From NCBI RefSeq assembly GCF_000406145.1, contig NZ_CM001976.1, positions 1,612,339 to 1,633,977 of the forward strand: a DNA stretch of 21,639 nt. Reading direction: 5' to 3'. Below, in pieces: positions 16,972-21,639 of the stretch. This stretch comes from Dickeya dadantii NCPPB 898 (GTDB lineage Bacteria > Pseudomonadota > Gammaproteobacteria > Enterobacterales > Enterobacteriaceae). The notes beneath the pieces are model-generated. The model was not told the origin of the DNA. It saw only the letters and a program-made list of their open reading frames with translations, and made no database searches. A program made the position numbers and the translations under genes. The number at the start of each line of letters is the position of its first letter. The stretch's first letter is position 1.

Positions 16972-18828
16972 ATGGAAACATTATCCCCCGTCGTACTTCA
17001 GGACATCGCCTGCGACTGGCTGCCGCACATGGATGCGCAGCGTTATCAACTGGTGGAACAGCGCGTAGTCGGGCAACTGTTACAGACGCTGCTGTACGAA
17101 GATGTGCTGCCTTATCGCCGCACGCCGATCGGCGACGGCAACAGCCAGTTTGCGATAACCGGGCGCGATGCGCGGCAGGTGCCGGTGGAGTACCGGTGCA
17201 ACGGGCTGTTTAGCGACAGCTTCGATCTGATCCGCCTCGACTACGCCAGCGTGCGCCGCATCGGCCCCGACGGCGACGCGCAGTCGCCCAACCTGCACCA
17301 GATGCTGGAAGAACTGCTGGGCGAGCAGGAGAGCAATCCATTCCTGACGCGTTTCGTGCAGGAACTGGAGCAGACCCAACTGAAGGATTTGCAGTCGCGG
17401 GCGCAGGATTATCAACCCGGCAAACCGGCGCATCAGCTCAGTTTCGACCAGTTGGAGCGCCATTTTATGGACGCCCACAGCTACCATCCCTGCTACAAGT
17501 CGCGCATCGGCTTCAGTCTGCAGGACAATGCCCAGTGGGGGCCGGAGTTCGGCCAGCCTTTCGCCATCGTCTGGCTGGCGCTGTCGAAGCCTCTGGCGTC
17601 GGCCAACCACTCATCCAAACTGGATCTGGACGATTTCCTGCAAACCGAATTCGGCGCGGCGCGCTGGCAGGCGTTTAGCGAACAGCTGGCGCGTCAGGGG
17701 CGCAAAGCGCAAGACTATCAACTGATACCGGTGCACCCGTGGCAGTGGAAAAACGTGATTGCGCCGGTGTTTTATCCGGAGCTGGTCAGTGGCGAGCTGA
17801 TTTACCTCGGCGCTTCCGATGACCGCTGGCAGGCGCAGCAGTCCATCCGTACGCTGGCTAACGTGACGGAAAAAACGCGCCCTTACGTCAAGCTGGCGAT
17901 GAGCATGACCAACACCTCCAGCACCCGTATTCTGGCGCGGCACACCGTAATGAACGGACCGATCATCACCGACTGGCTACAGCAGTTGATCGACACCGAC
18001 CAGACCGCCCGCAACCTGAAATTCGTTATTCTCGGCGAGGTCGCCGGCGTGAGTTTCGACACCCAACCGCTGCCCGCCACCCGCATGGCGCAGGCCTACG
18101 GCGTGATGGGCGCGATCTGGCGCGAAAGCATCCATCAGTATTTACAACCGGACGAACAGGCAGTGCCGTTCAATGGCCTGAGCCATGTCGAACACCGCTA
18201 CGACGGCGGCGAGCAGGCGCCGTTTATCGATGCCTGGATTCGCCAGTACGGGCTGGAAGCCTGGACTCGCCAACTGTTGGAGGTCACGGTGTCGCCGATC
18301 ATCCACATGCTGTACGCCGAAGGCATCGGCATGGAGTCGCACGGTCAGAATATCGTGCTGGTGGTGCGTGACGGCTGGCCGCAGCGCATTGCGCTCAAAG
18401 ACTTCCACGACGGCGTGCGTTATTCACCGGACCATCTGGCGCGCCCCGCCATGCGCCCGGATCTGGTGCCGCTGCCCGCCAGCCACGCCAAAATCAACCG
18501 CAATTCCTTCATTCTTACCGAAGATGTCAACGCGGTACGCGATTTCACCTGCGACTCGTTCTTCTTCATCTGTCTGGCGGAAATGGCGATCTTCCTGCGC
18601 CGGCATTACCAATTGCCGGAAGCGCGGTTCTGGGAAATGACGGCGGAGGTGGTGCTGCGTTATCAGGCCGAGCACCCGCAACACCGCTCGCGCTACAGCT
18701 TGTTTGATGTGTTTGCGCCGACTTACGAGGTGGAAGAACTGACCAAACGCCGGTTGCTGGGCGACGGCGAGCGCCGCTTTAAATCGGTGCCGAACCCGCT
18801 GCATCCGTTCAGGCCGTCGTCATGCTAA
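16972..18828 (+). CDS. acsC: NIS (IucA/IucC-family) siderophore synthetase AcsC, type C
   Basis: The ORF track entry 16918-18828 is trimmed to the ATG at 16972 (METLSPVVLQD...). IucA/IucC N-terminal and FhuF-like C-terminal similarity, including IPVHPWQW and MESHGQNIVL. The 18 upstream in-frame codons are encoded by the tandem repeat and lack a Shine-Dalgarno. Confidence 0.88.
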   Translation: METLSPVVLQDIACDWLPHMDAQRYQLVEQRVVGQLLQTLLYEDVLPYRRTPIGDGNSQFAITGRDARQVPVEYRCNGLFSDSFDLIRLDYASVRRIGPDGDAQSPNLHQMLEELLGEQESNPFLTRFVQELEQTQLKDLQSRAQDYQPGKPAHQLSFDQLERHFMDAHSYHPCYKSRIGFSLQDNAQWGPEFGQPFAIVWLALSKPLASANHSSKLDLDDFLQTEFGAARWQAFSEQLARQGRKAQDYQLIPVHPWQWKNVIAPVFYPELVSGELIYLGASDDRWQAQQSIRTLANVTEKTRPYVKLAMSMTNTSSTRILARHTVMNGPIITDWLQQLIDTDQTARNLKFVILGEVAGVSFDTQPLPATRMAQAYGVMGAIWRESIHQYLQPDEQAVPFNGLSHVEHRYDGGEQAPFIDAWIRQYGLEAWTRQLLEVTVSPIIHMLYAEGIGMESHGQNIVLVVRDGWPQRIALKDFHDGVRYSPDHLARPAMRPDLVPLPASHAKINRNSFILTEDVNAVRDFTCDSFFFICLAEMAIFLRRHYQLPEARFWEMTAEVVLRYQAEHPQHRSRYSLFDVFAPTYEVEELTKRRLLGDGERRFKSVPNPLHPFRPSSC

Positions 18829-19598
18829 GAACCAACCAACTCAAGCGTAAGCTGGCGTCGGGCACGCCGGTATACGGGTTGATTGCCTCGATCCCTTCGC
18901 CGGTGTCGGTGGAGTTGATCGCCGAAGCCGGGTTCGATTTCGTGATTATCGACACCGAACATGTGCTGATTAACCCGGAAACGGTGGAGAACATGATCCG
19001 GGTGGCGGAAAGCTACGCGCTGACGCCGCTGGTGCGGGTGGCCGACGCTAACCCCAAAACCATGCTGCGCCTGCTGGATGGCGGCGCGCAGGGCATCGTG
19101 CTGCCGATGGTGGAACAGGCCGATCAAGTACGGGCGGCGGTGCGCGCCTGCCATTATCACCCGCAGGGCGAGCGCAGCCTGAACAGCGGCCGTCCCGGCG
19201 CCTTCGGCAAGCACAGCCTGGCGGAATACGTCGCGCTGGCAAACCGGGAAATCATGCTGGTGGCGATGATCGAAAGCGCCGAGGGCGTGCGTCAGGCCGA
19301 GGCGATCGCCGGCGTAGCGGGGCTGGACATGATTCTTGAGGGCGCGGCGGATCTCTCCCAGTCGCTGGGGATGCCGTGGCAAACCGCGGCGCCGCCGGTA
19401 CAGGCGGCGCTGGCCGAAGTGCGGCGGGCCGCCGACGCGCACGGCGTGACGTACTGCGCCATTCCCCGTCAGCACGACGATCATGCACGCTGGCGCGAGC
19501 AGGGCGTGCACGCTTTTGTATTGGGCGACGAACGCGGCATCGCGTTTCGTGCTTTACAGGCCAGACTGGCCGCAACGATTTCAGCAGAAGGAAAGTGA
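18822..19598 (+). CDS. acsB: HpcH/HpaI aldolase / citrate-lyase beta-like family protein
   Basis: 258 aa. The N-terminus LKRKLASGTPVYGLIASIPSPVSVELIAEAGFDFVIIDTEH is typical of the HpcH/HpaI family. The start overlaps the acsC stop (ATGCTAA). Confidence 0.88.
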   Translation: MLRTNQLKRKLASGTPVYGLIASIPSPVSVELIAEAGFDFVIIDTEHVLINPETVENMIRVAESYALTPLVRVADANPKTMLRLLDGGAQGIVLPMVEQADQVRAAVRACHYHPQGERSLNSGRPGAFGKHSLAEYVALANREIMLVAMIESAEGVRQAEAIAGVAGLDMILEGAADLSQSLGMPWQTAAPPVQAALAEVRRAADAHGVTYCAIPRQHDDHARWREQGVHAFVLGDERGIAFRALQARLAATISAEGK

Positions 19599-19602
19599 TC
19601 CG

Positions 19603-19635
19603 ATGGAAGGTAATGTGATGGACAGTAATGCGATG
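19603..19635 (+). repeat. 15-nt tandem duplication at the acsA start, creating three in-frame ATGs
   Basis: atggaaggtaatgtg and atggacagtaatgcg are followed by atg. The two units are identical at 12 of 15 positions, and the ATGs fall at 19603, 19618 and 19633. Confidence 0.7.
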
Positions 19636-21525
19636 AAAACGACGTCTCACTACAAGGATGCCGGTCATTGCGTGATGCAGGATCTGGTGGATTGCCTGCT
19701 GGCCGAGGAGTTCTTTGGCCCGCAACTCCTGGCGTTGTACACCCCCGATGAGTGGCGGCAGCAGTACGGACAACCGGCGCCGTTCGGCGTACTGGATAGC
19801 GCGGCCCGCCTGTGGCGCTGGTGCAGCGACGAACGCGAACAGCGTCATCTGGTGGTGGCGCTGCGCCCCGGTATTACCCAGCGCTGGGAAAAAGTGCCGG
19901 ACACGCAGGTTTACGCCTGGCAGCAGGGCGGCAATGACTGGCGTGAACTGGAACCGGAAAGCTTTATGAATCTGGTGTTCGCCGGCCAGCACGGTGAAGA
20001 AGGCGATGCTGGAGAAAATAATGCCAAAGGGCAGGCGCTGTTTCTGGATGTGCTTAACACCAGCGTCGAGCAGACCGCGCTGTCGCGCGAGCACCGCATT
20101 GATACCGATAACCTGCTGGCGCGCGGCAATGCCGATTTCTTCCATGTGATGGAGCAGTGGGCGTCGTTGCGCGACCGTCCGTTTCACCCGACGGCGAAAG
20201 CCAAACAGGGGCTGAATGCGGAAGAATACCGCCGCTATGTGGCCGAGTTCGCCGAGCCGGTGGCGCTGAACTGGGTGGCGGTGGCGAAAGACCGTCTGCA
20301 ATGCGGCGACGGCATCAGCGATACGGCTGACCAGTATCCGGCGGGCTATTTGCTGCCGCAGGCGGAGCAGAATGCACTGCAACAGGAACTGGCCGCGCGC
20401 GGTATCGCCGACACCCACATCGCCTTGCCGGTGCACCCGTGGCAGTTCGACCACATTCTGGAAACCCAACTGGGCGACGCCTTTCGCAACGGCGATTGCC
20501 ACCGGCTGGATTTCAGCGCCGCCTGCTATCTGCCGACCTCGTCACTGCGCTCGATGACGCCGTGCTTCGCCAGCGCCGATTACCTCAAGCTGCCGATGGC
20601 GGTCTATTCGCTGGGCGCGTCACGCTATTTGCCGGCGGTGAAAATGATCAACGGTGGGCTGAGCGAAGCGCTGCTGCGTCAGGCGCGGGACAAAGACGCG
20701 GTGTTGCAGGAACGGCTGTATTTGTGCGACGAAGGCAAGTGGTGGGCGTTTATGCCGCCGCAGGCCACCTTGTTTGACGAAGCACCGCGCCACCTGTCGG
20801 CGATGGTGCGCAGTTATCCGTCAGCGCTGTTCGACGACCCGGACTACCGCCTGATGCCGATGGCGGCGCTGGGTACGCCGCTGCCGGGCAGCCGCCGTCA
20901 TTTCTTTGACGACTGGCTGGCGTATCGCGGTTTGCCGACGAACGCCGATTCGGTCTTGACATTGTTCGCAGAGCTTTGTCATTGTTTCTTCGACATTAAT
21001 TTCCGCATGTTCCGGTTGGGGATGCTGGGTGAGATCCACGGTCAGAACGCGGTGTTGGTATGGAAAGCCGGTCAGGCTCACGGCCTGCTGCTGCGCGATC
21101 ACGACTCGCTGCGCATCCACGTGCCGACGCTGGAACAGAACGGCATGCAGGACCCGGTGTACCGTATCAAGCAGGGTCATGCCAACACGCTTTACCACGA
21201 GCGTCTGGACGATCTGCTGTTCTGGCTGCAAACGCTGGGCATTCAGGTCAACATGCGGGCGATTATCGAAACGCTGTCGCTGACCTATGAGGTGGAAGCC
21301 GCGACGCTGTGGGGCGTGATGCGCCGTGAAATCAACGGTGCTATTGACCGTGCCGGCTTTGCCGCCGACACGCAGGCGATGCTGAAAACCCGTTTGTTCG
21401 ACGCGCCGAACTGGCCGCAGAAATTGCTGATCACCCCGATGATCGCCCGCGCCGGCGGACCGGGGAGTATGCCGTTCGGCAAGGGGGAAGTGATTAACCC
21501 GTTTCAGGCCGTCATCGGCCAGTAG
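19603..21525 (+). CDS. acsA: NIS (IucA/IucC-family) siderophore synthetase AcsA, type B (adds 2-oxoglutarate)
   Basis: The ORF track entry 19483-21525 is trimmed because its first 40 codons overlap acsB. The ATG at 19603 is preceded by AAGGAAAG. IucA/IucC motifs are present (LPVHPWQF, GEIHGQNAVL). The start could also be 19618 or 19633. Confidence 0.88.
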   Translation: MEGNVMDSNAMKTTSHYKDAGHCVMQDLVDCLLAEEFFGPQLLALYTPDEWRQQYGQPAPFGVLDSAARLWRWCSDEREQRHLVVALRPGITQRWEKVPDTQVYAWQQGGNDWRELEPESFMNLVFAGQHGEEGDAGENNAKGQALFLDVLNTSVEQTALSREHRIDTDNLLARGNADFFHVMEQWASLRDRPFHPTAKAKQGLNAEEYRRYVAEFAEPVALNWVAVAKDRLQCGDGISDTADQYPAGYLLPQAEQNALQQELAARGIADTHIALPVHPWQFDHILETQLGDAFRNGDCHRLDFSAACYLPTSSLRSMTPCFASADYLKLPMAVYSLGASRYLPAVKMINGGLSEALLRQARDKDAVLQERLYLCDEGKWWAFMPPQATLFDEAPRHLSAMVRSYPSALFDDPDYRLMPMAALGTPLPGSRRHFFDDWLAYRGLPTNADSVLTLFAELCHCFFDINFRMFRLGMLGEIHGQNAVLVWKAGQAHGLLLRDHDSLRIHVPTLEQNGMQDPVYRIKQGHANTLYHERLDDLLFWLQTLGIQVNMRAIIETLSLTYEVEAATLWGVMRREINGAIDRAGFAADTQAMLKTRLFDAPNWPQKLLITPMIARAGGPGSMPFGKGEVINPFQAVIGQ

Positions 21526-21639
21526 ATTGCCCGGCAAATAGATTGTCGTTAACTCAATTTAGCGATGAGCTTGCAGGTTATACGTTGGTTTTCTGGCGTC
21601 AAAAACTGTGCTGAGGTGGGCGACTTCGCCGGGTGAGCC

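Noticed and set aside
8532-19602. Upstream extensions in the ORF track for acsF (8532), acr (10062), acsE (14078), acsC (16918) and acsA (19483)
   Set aside because: Each extension overlaps the preceding gene or the Fur-box or repeat DNA, and lacks a Shine-Dalgarno. The internal ATGs chosen have ribosome-binding sites and give family-typical N-termini, for example the acr signal peptide. The acsE, acsC and acsA starts remain somewhat uncertain.
12805-21537. Long antisense ORFs within the acs genes: 12805-13428, 14036-15178 (380 aa), 15390-16712 (440 aa), 18825-19511, 19252-20502 (416 aa) and 20821-21537
   Set aside because: All lie opposite strongly supported genes and are rich in Arg, Gln, His and Pro, with no recognisable domains or ribosome-binding sites. 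I treat them as shadow ORFs caused by the scarcity of stop codons in GC-rich DNA.
21526-21639. Sequence downstream of acsA, checked for a terminator or the start of the next gene
   Set aside because: I could not find a convincing stem-loop with a U-tract or an ORF start in the remaining 114 bp. The window ends before anything can be called.
1-21639. Search for mobile-element hallmarks (integrase, transposase, tRNA attachment site, terminal inverted repeats) that could explain a CRISPR island next to the siderophore cluster
   Set aside because: None is visible in this window. The only hint of a boundary is the AT-rich tract at 8080-8260, which is not diagnostic by itself.

Overview
The window has two parts with a divergent junction. 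Neither part looks like a new system. What remains unexplained is small-scale: short tandem repeats at three acs gene junctions, and possible regulatory sites in the cas3/acsF spacer.

(1) Positions 1-8072, minus strand: a complete, canonical type I-C (Dvulg/Csd) CRISPR-Cas locus, cas3-cas5-cas8c-cas7-cas4-cas1-cas2-leader-CRISPR. The array has 6 identical 32-bp repeats and 5 full spacers, and it runs off the left edge of the window.

(2) Positions 8568-21525, plus strand: the eight-gene achromobactin (citrate/NIS) siderophore cluster in the order known from Dickeya, acsF-acr-acsD-acsE-yhcA-acsC-acsB-acsA. From memory, the AcsD sequence and the gene order look like Dickeya dadantii or a close relative. 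I could not check this against a database.

The two blocks are separated by a roughly 0.5-kb AT-rich region with no ORF of 60 aa or more (8073-8567). It carries a cluster of Fur-box-like sequences next to acsF.

All long ORFs antisense to these genes look like GC-rich shadow ORFs. I see no transposase, integrase, tRNA or rRNA.
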